Positions 25,090 through 32,000 of a DNA stretch of 32,000 nt are shown here, piece by piece. Every line of letters begins with the position of its first letter. Positions within the stretch are counted from its first letter, which is position 1. The stretch covers positions 801,415 to 833,414 of the forward strand of contig NZ_CP118480.1 in NCBI RefSeq assembly GCF_030450055.1, read 5' to 3'. Origin of the DNA: Gallaecimonas kandeliae. GTDB taxonomy: Bacteria; Pseudomonadota; Gammaproteobacteria; Enterobacterales; Gallaecimonadaceae. The notes beneath the pieces are model-generated. The model ran no database searches and was not told where the DNA came from. It saw nothing but the letters and a program-made list of their open reading frames with translations. The position numbers and the translations under genes were made by a program.

Positions 25090-25905
25090 TCAGCGGCTGG
25101 CCTTGAGGGTGAAGAGGCCTTCCTGGACCACCTCGGCTCGCGGCTTGGCTTCGGGCTGCGCCTGGGGCCGAGGCTCGTCCAGGGGCAGCACCGTCTTACA
25201 CAGCGGGTAGGCGGAGCAGGTCCAGAAGCGCTGGCCGGCGTATTTGCCTTTACTGACCTGGCGTTGGCTCATCAGGGCGTCGCATTTGGGACAGTGCTTG
25301 CCGCCGGCAACCGGCGCCTCGACGGCGCTCAGGCTGGGCAGCCCGGGATCGGGTGTTTCCTGAGCTTGCAGCGCCGCCGCCGGGGAGGCGGGCAAAGGCT
25401 GGCCACGCAGGGTCTTTTCGATACGCTCGCGCAGGTGCAGGGCGGTGAGGGCGCTGTCGCTTTTCACCACCAGCAGCGGCAGGCCTATCTGTTGGCAGAT
25501 CCGGGCCAGTTGCTTGTCGCGCTGTTTGCGGGCGCGGCTGACCTTATCTTGGGGGGCCAGCTCCAGCACCAGGCTGACGGCCAGATCACTGCGGCGGCAG
25601 AGCACGAAGTCGAGGCGCTTGGCGCAGATCTTCTCGAAGGCGCGGCGGTGATCGCTGCCCTTGAACCTGGGCTGCACCCCTATGACATCGGCCCAGCGTA
25701 CCTTGGTGAAGACGCGGTAGTCGGGGTCGCAGGCGGCATCCAGCAGGGGCAGGAAGGCCATCTCGGCTTCGGTCAACAGCGGCTGGCGTTCATAGGGGCG
25801 GCGCAGCCGCAGCAGGCTCAGCAGCCAGATCAGCAGGGACAGCAGCAGCAGGCCGGCACCGGCCAGGATAAAGGGCAGCAGGAATTGCAGGTCGTCACTG
25901 GGCAT
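25090..25905 (-). CDS. Membrane-anchored DUF2726 (PD-(D/E)xK nuclease-like) protein with a C-terminal topoisomerase-type C4 zinc ribbon
   Basis: N-terminal TM segment (LLPFILAGAGLLLLSLLIWLL). DUF2726-like core LLTEAEMAFL...RLDFVLC...VLEL. C-terminal CPKCDALM...FWTCSAYPLCK. Confidence 0.8.
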   Translation of the reverse strand: MPSDDLQFLLPFILAGAGLLLLSLLIWLLSLLRLRRPYERQPLLTEAEMAFLPLLDAACDPDYRVFTKVRWADVIGVQPRFKGSDHRRAFEKICAKRLDFVLCRRSDLAVSLVLELAPQDKVSRARKQRDKQLARICQQIGLPLLVVKSDSALTALHLRERIEKTLRGQPLPASPAAALQAQETPDPGLPSLSAVEAPVAGGKHCPKCDALMSQRQVSKGKYAGQRFWTCSAYPLCKTVLPLDEPRPQAQPEAKPRAEVVQEGLFTLKASR

Positions 25906-25997
25906 GGGATGGCATTCCGATGGGCTTGGGCCGACTCTAGCCGGCCCTGGCTGTCAATTAGCTGAGCAAAACACAGCGCCACCCCGTCGGCAAGGCT

Positions 25998-26408
25998 TCA
26001 GCCCAGGCGGGTGCGGAATTTCTGCATCTGGTCGAGGATCTGCAGGCGGATCCAATGGGGAAAGCTTTGGGTCTGCACCAGATAGCGCTGGTTGTCGGCA
26101 TAGACGAACCAGGCTGGCACTTTGACGCTGCCCACCGACTCGATGCGCTGTATCTGCTCTGCCTTGAGCCTGACACGGCGGCGGCGGTACTGGATCTCCA
26201 GGCCGTCCTCGTCGAAGGACAGGCCATGGACCCGCTCGTCGAGGAACCAGCGGGCCAGCAGGAACAGGCCCAGCAGCCCGGCCAGTAGCCAGAGGCCACC
26301 GTTGAGGCTGAAGTCCTGGTTACGAAGGATAAGGGCGCTGGCGACCAATGCCAGGGTGCCGGCGGCCTGACTGACATAGAGTTTGTCCGAGCCTTTGAAA
26401 GTGCGCAT
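25998..26408 (-). CDS. Small membrane protein: 2 TM helices plus a bacterial PH-like domain (136 aa)
   Basis: Start trimmed to ATG 26408 (MRTFKGSDKLY...). Two hydrophobic helices are followed by ...GLSFDEDGLEIQYRRRRVRLKAEQIQRIE..., as in YdbS/bPH_2-type proteins. Confidence 0.65.
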   Translation of the reverse strand: MRTFKGSDKLYVSQAAGTLALVASALILRNQDFSLNGGLWLLAGLLGLFLLARWFLDERVHGLSFDEDGLEIQYRRRRVRLKAEQIQRIESVGSVKVPAWFVYADNQRYLVQTQSFPHWIRLQILDQMQKFRTRLG

Positions 26409-26811
26409 AAGTCGATTCTTCCAACCTTGGCCCCCTCGCCCCTGCCGGACAAGACGGCTCACTCTTTCTTCTCCCGGCCCTCAGTGGCCGGAGTGATCGG
26501 GTCTCGTTGGCAAACGGCGCCAGGGCCCTGTTGTCGGCCTTTTCCTACAGCAATGGCTGTATCAGAGGCCTCTGAATTGTCCAGATTGCCGTTCAAAAAC
26601 TGAGCTGTCAATGGGCAACTCTTTGTTTGTCAATGTGGTTTTTGCCTGATCGGCAGTGGCACCGCCGGTGCTGGGCCGGCTCCTGGTAAAGTCGGGTGTT
26701 TCGAAAAGAAGGCGTCCCTGCCCAATCAAGGAACGAAACGCCTTCAGCATAGGGAGGCTATGTGCAGGGAAAAAGAGCGGATGGCGATGGGCTGGCCTGG
26801 CTCTTGCCTTG

Positions 26812-27840
26812 TCAACCTCGCCGGCTGGCCCAGCAGCCGCGGCCGGCGGCCTTGCCGTCGTAGAGGGCGTCGTCGGCCAGGGCCATCAGTTGCTCCATGT
26901 CGAGGTGATTGGCGGTGCCCACCCCTATGGTCAGGCCCAGTGGCAGGCTTTGCCCCTGGGGGCTGACATAGGCTTGGCTCCTGGCCGCCTCCAGCAGGCG
27001 CTCTGCCAGCTTCTCGGCATCCTCGGCGCTACAGGCGCCGAGGTAGACCAGGAATTCGTCGCCCCCCAGCCGGATCACCAGATCGTTTGGCCTCAGGCTG
27101 TGGTTCATGCGCTGGACCAGCTCGATCAGCACGGCGTCCCCCACGTCGTGGCCGAACTGGTCGTTGACTGCCTTGAAATGGTCCATGTCCACCAGCAGCA
27201 CCGAGCTTTCCTGGCCGGCTGCCTGGTGGCGGGCCAGATCCCTGGCCAGCTGTTCGTCGATGATGCGCCGGGTCCAGGCGCCGGTCAGGGGGTCGGTCAG
27301 GGCTTCCTGGCGGGCTTGGTCGAGCTTGCTCATCAGCTCCTGGTGGCGGTGGGTCAGGACGTGCAGCCTGACCTCGTTCTCGGCCCAGGCCGCCAGGCTG
27401 GCCAGGGTCTCCAGATCTTCTTCGTCAAAGCTCCTGGGTTTGTCGGCGGAGATACAGAGGGTGCCTATGGCCTGGTTGTCGAAGAAGAGGGGATAGCCGG
27501 CGTAGAAGCGGAGGAAGGGCGGGCCCAGCACCAGGGGGTTGTCGAAGAAGCGGGGATCCTTGCCGGCGTCGGTGACGATCAGCGGCTGGCGGGCAGCCAC
27601 GGCATGGCCGCAGAAGGAGACGGTCCTGGGTGTGCTGGTGAGCTCCAGGCCGACTGTGGCCTTGAACCACTGGCTGTCATCGCTGATCAGGGAGACAAAG
27701 GCCACGGGGGTGGCAAAGATACGGCTGGCCAGCTTGACGATGCGGTCGAAGCGCGGATCCCGCTCGCTGTTCATCATCAGGGACTTGCCCAGGGCATGGA
27801 GCCTTTGGGTCTCTATCTCGGGCCTGGGCGGTACCTGCAT
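26812..27840 (-). CDS. GAF-domain diguanylate cyclase (GGDEF)
   Basis: N-terminal ETQRLHAL...RFDRIVKLASRIFATPVAFVSLI is a GAF domain. C-terminal DPLTGAWTRR...RLGGDEFLVYL. Confidence 0.9.
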   Translation of the reverse strand: MQVPPRPEIETQRLHALGKSLMMNSERDPRFDRIVKLASRIFATPVAFVSLISDDSQWFKATVGLELTSTPRTVSFCGHAVAARQPLIVTDAGKDPRFFDNPLVLGPPFLRFYAGYPLFFDNQAIGTLCISADKPRSFDEEDLETLASLAAWAENEVRLHVLTHRHQELMSKLDQARQEALTDPLTGAWTRRIIDEQLARDLARHQAAGQESSVLLVDMDHFKAVNDQFGHDVGDAVLIELVQRMNHSLRPNDLVIRLGGDEFLVYLGACSAEDAEKLAERLLEAARSQAYVSPQGQSLPLGLTIGVGTANHLDMEQLMALADDALYDGKAAGRGCWASRRG

Positions 27841-27867
27841 AGGGGCCTTGCCTCTGTCGGGGAGCCT

Positions 27868-28914
27868 TCAGGATGACAATAGCAGATGGGGGATCTCGGT
27901 TCCCGGCAGGCCGCTGTTGGCCATCAGCACAACCAGCCCCAGCAGGGCCAGGAACACCGCCAGGTACCAGGCGCCACTCACCATCATACCCCATTTGTTC
28001 ATGGCCAACTGTTGGCTCGGGTTGTTGCGCTCCCCCAACAGATCGGCAAGGCCCGCCACCAGCAGTATCGCCAGCAGCATGAAGCCGAAATAGAGGCTCA
28101 GGGCAAACCCCAGGGCCGACAGGGCCAGCACGGCGTAAAAGGCGATAGGGTTGCGGCTGGAGGCCATCACCGCCTTCAGCACCCGGCCGCCGTCCAAAGG
28201 GTGGATGGGCAGCAGGTTGAAGAGGTTCAAGAAGGCCCCCAAAGACACCACTGCCCCCAGCCAGGGGCTGGCGGACAGGCGCCAGCCGACCCAGGCCAGC
28301 AGGCACATCAAGAGCCCCGCCGTCGGGCCGGCCATGGCCACGAAAACTTCCTGCCACTGGGTCTTGAACCGCTCCGACGAGACGGCGGCGCCGCCGAAGA
28401 AGGGGATCAGGTAGATGCCTTTGGTGGGGATATTGAAGCGCTGCATGGCACGCAAGTGGCCGTACTCGTGGAACACCAGTATGGCGATCAGCACCAGGGC
28501 CAGCTTCCAGTTGAAGAGGTAGGCGTAGGAGGCAAAGCTGGCCCCGGCCAGCACTACCTTGATGGCGCTGGCGCTCTTGAACAGCTTGAGGCCCAGGGCC
28601 AGCCAGCCAAAACCCTTGCCGTGGCGCTCGGTGTGGGATTCAGCTTCACCCTGAGGCTGGGCCATGGCCAGCGGCGCCTGGCCTTCACCGGCCAGGGCAT
28701 CCCCCGACAGCAGCCGGTAGCGGAAGTGGCCTTGCTCCGGGTGCAGGCTCAATTGCAGCTGCCAGTCCTGGCCGTCCAGCAGGAAGCGGTGCTCGCTGAG
28801 GTTGCCCTGGGCGGCGCGGACGCTGACGGGCTTGTGATCGACCCGCAGCTGTTCGCTGCCACCCTGGCGGCTCAGGCTGAAATGATAAGGGCCGCATTGA
28901 AAAGTCAGTTCCAT
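27868..28914 (-). CDS. M50-family site-2 metalloprotease with a ~100 aa N-terminal soluble domain of unknown function
   Basis: HEYGH zinc motif within a TM helix, plus the second motif NLLPIHPLDGG. Multiple TM segments. Confidence 0.88.
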   Translation of the reverse strand: MELTFQCGPYHFSLSRQGGSEQLRVDHKPVSVRAAQGNLSEHRFLLDGQDWQLQLSLHPEQGHFRYRLLSGDALAGEGQAPLAMAQPQGEAESHTERHGKGFGWLALGLKLFKSASAIKVVLAGASFASYAYLFNWKLALVLIAILVFHEYGHLRAMQRFNIPTKGIYLIPFFGGAAVSSERFKTQWQEVFVAMAGPTAGLLMCLLAWVGWRLSASPWLGAVVSLGAFLNLFNLLPIHPLDGGRVLKAVMASSRNPIAFYAVLALSALGFALSLYFGFMLLAILLVAGLADLLGERNNPSQQLAMNKWGMMVSGAWYLAVFLALLGLVVLMANSGLPGTEIPHLLLSS

Positions 28915-29000
28915 GGTGAAAAGGGGACTCGCTGTCGGGGTGTTAAGGGCAGGCTAACGGCCTTGCCCGGCCAATACCAGAGCAAAGAAATCACGGGCCT

Positions 29001-29034
29001 AAAATGCAAGACGCCAGGCAGGCCTGGCGTCTTG
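29001..29034 (-). terminator. Terminator of ndh
   Basis: 12-bp perfect stem CAAGACGCCAGG(29007-29018)/CCTGGCGTCTTG(29023-29034). On the minus strand it is followed by CATTTTA. Confidence 0.65.
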
Positions 29035-29050
29035 GTGGCTGGCACTGGGC

Positions 29051-30307
29051 TCAGTGCAGCTTGAGGCGGGGCCTGACCCAGCCGTTGAGCTTGTCGGCGA
29101 TCATCAGCCCCAGGGTGCGCCAGAAGCCGAACAGGGCCAACTGGTGCTTGCGGTAGAGGGAGATGTACATCCAACGGGCCAGGTGGCCTTCCACGAAGAG
29201 GGTGCCCTTGGCAAGGCTACCCATCAGGCCGCCCACGGCGCTGTGTTCGGCCAGGGACACCAGGGAACCGTAGTCCTTGTATTGGAAGGGGTGGTCGAAG
29301 GCCTCGCTTTTGGTCAGGGCGCTCAGCAGCTTGTCCAGGTAGATGGCCTGCTGGTTGGCTGCCTGGGCCCGGGGCGGGGCGGCGTCGCAGCAGTCGCCGA
29401 GGGCATAGATATGCTCGTCGGAGGTGCGCAGCTGCTCGTTCACCACGAACTGGTTGCGCCTGGAGGTTTCCAGACCCAGGGTAGTCAGCCAGTCGGCGCC
29501 CTTGATGCCGGCGGCCCAGACCAGCAGACCCGCCTCCAGGCGCTCGTCGCCGTCCAGGATGAAGGCATCCTTGGTGGCTTCCACCACCTTGGCGCTGGTG
29601 CGTACCTTGACCCCCAACTTGTTGAGTTCGCGCTGGGCCTTGGCGGCGATCTTCTCGTTGAGGGCCGGCAAAATGCGCGGGCCCGCCTCCAGCAGGGTCA
29701 GATCCAGGCTCAGGTGATGGGCGCCGTAGCGGCGGAAGACCCGTTCGGCGCTGTTGAGCTCGGCCGAGAGTTCGACGCCGGTGGCACCGGCACCGACGAT
29801 GGCGATGCGCAGCCGCTCCGGCTTTTCGGTGAGGGTCTGGGCCTGGATCCGGGCCAGCAGGTGGTCGTGGAAGACGTTGGCCTGTTCGGGGCTATCCAGG
29901 AAGAAGGCGTGCTCCGCCACCCCCTTGGTGCCGAAGTCGGCGCTCTGGCTACCCACCGCCAGTACCAGTTGGTCATAGGTCAGGTGCTGGTTGCTGGACA
30001 GGAAGCGGCCCTTGCCGTCGCGGCTGGGGGCCAGGGTCAGCTGGCGCTGTTCCTTGTCCAGCTCGGTGAGCCGGCCCTGGACGAACTGGAAGCCGTTGAG
30101 GCGGGCCAGGTTCAGGTAGTCGGCGCCGCCCAGCTCGGGGTTGAAGGCGCCGGTGGCGACCTCGTGCAAGAGCGGCTTCCATACATGCTGTCGGTGCTGG
30201 TCGATGAGCAGCACCTGGGCCAGGTGTTTCCTGCCCAAGCTGCGGCCCAGGCGGCAGGCAAGCTCCAGGCCCCCGGCGCCGCCGCCGACAATGACGATAC
30301 GCTTCAT
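29051..30307 (-). CDS. ndh: Type II NADH:quinone oxidoreductase (NDH-2)
   Basis: MKRIVIVGGGAGGLELA...HVWKPLLHEVATG, a second GxGxxG (IVGAGATGVE), and the SD TAAGGAGG. Confidence 0.92.
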   Translation of the reverse strand: MKRIVIVGGGAGGLELACRLGRSLGRKHLAQVLLIDQHRQHVWKPLLHEVATGAFNPELGGADYLNLARLNGFQFVQGRLTELDKEQRQLTLAPSRDGKGRFLSSNQHLTYDQLVLAVGSQSADFGTKGVAEHAFFLDSPEQANVFHDHLLARIQAQTLTEKPERLRIAIVGAGATGVELSAELNSAERVFRRYGAHHLSLDLTLLEAGPRILPALNEKIAAKAQRELNKLGVKVRTSAKVVEATKDAFILDGDERLEAGLLVWAAGIKGADWLTTLGLETSRRNQFVVNEQLRTSDEHIYALGDCCDAAPPRAQAANQQAIYLDKLLSALTKSEAFDHPFQYKDYGSLVSLAEHSAVGGLMGSLAKGTLFVEGHLARWMYISLYRKHQLALFGFWRTLGLMIADKLNGWVRPRLKLH

Positions 30308-30473
30308 AAATCCTCCTTAGACTGCCCGCTACTTTACCAAAGCCAAGTCCTTGTCAGTGAGGGAAAAATGGTCTGTTAATGTGGGTTGAAAGCTGTATCG
30401 AGGCTGTTGTCGGCCTGGCGTAAAGGTGGAGAAAATGTAGCCTCAAGGGGCCCGGTTTTTGTGTGGTCTGGCC

Positions 30474-30504
30474 GGAAAAAATCAAGGCGCCCTGGGACGC
30501 CTTG
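30474..30504 (-). terminator. Terminator of the DUF3718-like gene
   Basis: On the minus strand: CAAGGCG-TCCCAGGG-CGCCTTG followed by ATTTTTT. Confidence 0.7.
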
Positions 30505-30523
30505 TCAGTGGAGCTGGGCGGGG

Positions 30524-30883
30524 TCAAAAACTGCCCGCTACCAAGATGGTACCGTCTTTCTTCGGCTGGTAGCCAAGGTCGCGGATCTCGACGCGGGTCC
30601 TCTGGTGGAAGCGCCTTTGCAACTGGAAGGCGACCTTGTCGCTGCCCACCATCAGGGCGAAGTGGGATATGGGCATGTTATTGCAGCTGATGTAGTTGGC
30701 GATGAAGTTGTAGCCGAGGCCGCTGCCACGGGCGGCCATCAGCACCCGTGCCGGGCTGTTGGAGAGGGTGCTCATGCAGATCCGGGTGGCCTCGCTGTTG
30801 TCGCCGGCCTTGTAAGTGGTGGCCTGGCTGGGCAGCGCGGCCGCCAGTAACAGGGCGACCGTAGCAATGGATACTCTGGTCAT
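30524..30883 (-). CDS. Small secreted protein, DUF3718-like (119 aa)
   Basis: Signal peptide MTRVSIATVALLLAAALPSQA. Two Cys residues in a pattern (...ATRIC...YISCNNMPISHFA) reminiscent of DUF3718 proteins from marine gammaproteobacteria. Confidence 0.7.
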   Translation of the reverse strand: MTRVSIATVALLLAAALPSQATTYKAGDNSEATRICMSTLSNSPARVLMAARGSGLGYNFIANYISCNNMPISHFALMVGSDKVAFQLQRRFHQRTRVEIRDLGYQPKKDGTILVAGSF

Positions 30884-31118
30884 GGTCGACTCCTTGGTTC
30901 TTTTTGGATGAGACTGCCTGGCCAGTCGTAGCCAAGGCTAAATCACAGTCTGGGCCCACGCTTTAGCGGGCAAGGTACAACGAATGTAACAGGGCATGAC
31001 TGGGAAGGGGTGCAAGGTTGGCAGGGGGCAGAAAAGGTAAAGGCAGATCTCTGAAATCCGGGCGGAAAAAGCCGTTGGCCCGTTAAAGGCGAGAGACTGC
31101 TAGCCATATTTCCTTACA

Positions 31119-31146
31119 AAAAGCCCGCCTGGCGGCGGGCTTTTTC
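31119..31146. terminator. Bidirectional terminator at the 3' end of ygfZ
   Basis: AAAAAGCCCGCC-TGGC-GGCGGGCTTTTT. Overlaps the ygfZ stop codon. Confidence 0.75.
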
Positions 31147-32000
31147 AGGGGGCCAGGGCCAGTTGGCTGGCCTCGTCGCCCTTGAGGCGGAACTGGCTGT
31201 CTGGCTCAAGGTCGTTGGCCGCCACGGCGAGCAGGTGCAGCTCGCCTTCGGCAAAGCGGTAGGCGGCCACCACAACACCACCGCGGCGATAGCTGTCCCC
31301 CAGTTTCAGCTCCAGCTCGTCACTGGCCTTGGGGCTGGTTGCGGCTTTGCCGGCCAGGTGCCAGAGGGTACGCTTGTTGCCGCCACGGTAATGCATGCGA
31401 GCCACCACTTCCTGGCCCGTGTAGCAGCCTTTTTCGAAGCTGATGCCGCCGAGGCCGTCGAGGTTCAGCTGCTGGGGTATGTATTCCCCTTGCAAGGCGG
31501 CCGGCAGCCATGGCTGGCCGGCCAGTACGTCCAGGCCTTGCCAGGCGGCGGGCTCGAACCAGGCTCCGTCCAGCTTGGCCACCAGGGCCTGCATGGCCTC
31601 TAAGGGCAGGGCCAGCAGGTAGCGGCCCCCCTGGTTCAGCACCAGGCCATTCTCCAGCTGGGTGACCTCCATTACCTCCTGGGGCACTGGAACGCCGGCT
31701 GCCGTCAGGGCCGCGCTTGCCTGGCTGCCTGCCAGGCCCAGCAGCAACAGCTCCTCGGAGGCGTCGCTCAGGGTGACCTTGTTGAAGACGGCGTACTTGG
31801 CCATGCCGGGCAGTTGCTGGGGGATGGCGTCCCTTGCCTGGAGCAGTAGCAGATCCTCGCCTTGCCACAGTGCCGTGAACAGGCCCAGCATCTTGCCCTT
31901 GGGGTCGCACTGGGCGGCGAGGCTGGCCCTGTCTTTGGCCAGGGCCTGGATGTCGGCCGTGATCTGGCCTTGCAGGAACTTGGCCGCCTCTATACCGGCC
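31145..32000 (-). CDS. ygfZ: tRNA-modifying, folate-binding protein YgfZ (N-terminus beyond the window edge)
   Basis: KGCYTGQEVVARMHYRGGNKR signature. The frame stays open upstream of the ORF-track Met (…FLQGQITADIQALAKDRASLAAQCDPKGKMLGLF, compare E. coli ...MQGQVTADV...AAHCDAKGKM). Confidence 0.9.
   Translation of the reverse strand, partial: AGIEAAKFLQGQITADIQALAKDRASLAAQCDPKGKMLGLFTALWQGEDLLLLQARDAIPQQLPGMAKYAVFNKVTLSDASEELLLLGLAGSQASAALTAAGVPVPQEVMEVTQLENGLVLNQGGRYLLALPLEAMQALVAKLDGAWFEPAAWQGLDVLAGQPWLPAALQGEYIPQQLNLDGLGGISFEKGCYTGQEVVARMHYRGGNKRTLWHLAGKAATSPKASDELELKLGDSYRRGGVVVAAYRFAEGELHLLAVAANDLEPDSQFRLKGDEASQLALAP

Noticed and set aside
26760-26966. 68-aa plus-strand ORF with a strong SD (TAGGGAGGCTATG)
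   Set aside because: It runs antisense into the 3' end of the GAF-GGDEF gene. The R/P/G/C-rich sequence (…RGRRPCRRRGRRRPGP…) is typical of an off-frame translation. The 62-aa minus-strand ORF at 26562-26750 also lacks an SD.
23283-30379. Long plus-strand ORFs 23283-24458, 26656-27876, 27886-29064 and 29054-30379
   Set aside because: Each is the mirror frame of a well-supported minus-strand gene (ybiT, GAF-GGDEF, M50 protease, ndh). None has a recognisable domain. All show the G/A/V/R/Q-rich bias of antisense frames in GC-rich DNA.
1-32000. Search for CRISPR arrays, tRNA/rRNA genes, IS elements, transposases, integrases and att-like flanking repeats
   Set aside because: None was seen on either strand. 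The only repeats are the cassette triplication and the 20-bp tandem repeat, and no mobility gene accompanies the accessory block.

Overview
This 32-kb window looks like chromosomal DNA from a high-GC (roughly 60-65% by eye) gammaproteobacterium. An Aeromonadaceae-like origin is a low-confidence guess based on the ybiT, polB, ndh, ygfZ and DUF3718-type gene content. I found no rRNA, tRNA, CRISPR array, IS element or transposase. Housekeeping genes: msrA (3' fragment), polB preceded by a near-consensus LexA box, ybiT (ABC-F ATPase), ndh (NDH-2) and ygfZ (truncated at the window edge). Signalling genes: one methyl-accepting chemotaxis protein, two GGDEF diguanylate cyclases, and an M50 site-2 protease directly upstream of one of them. 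Other genes: Lrp/AsnC regulator, GST, PhnB-like VOC protein, Sel1-repeat lipoprotein, DCC thiol oxidoreductase and a CapA-family protein. The most unusual region is 420-9076. It starts with about 1 kb of AT-rich, GT-skewed non-coding DNA. This is followed by three tandem ~1.6-kb copies of a two-gene cassette. Each copy has its own conserved leader, a secreted 316-318 aa protein of the EXORDIUM/PHI-1 (Pfam Phi_1-like) family, a translationally coupled secreted ~147 aa NTF2-like/DUF4440-like protein whose start overlaps the large gene by 19 nt, and its own terminator. The array converges on a lodA/lodB-like operon (CTQ quinoprotein amino-acid oxidase plus its flavoprotein maturase). I regard the triplicated EXORDIUM-like/NTF2-like pair as the best candidate for an undescribed system, either an effector/immunity pair or an enzyme/partner pair. 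Secondary candidates are two. One is a tightly overlapped five-gene operon: YtrA-type GntR regulator, ABC ATPase, orphan polytopic membrane protein, 2-TM protein, and an unlisted 52-aa glycine-zipper peptide. The other is a membrane-anchored DUF2726 nuclease-like protein with a topoisomerase-type zinc ribbon, next to a 2-TM PH-like protein. All family assignments come from reading motifs by eye; no database search was run.
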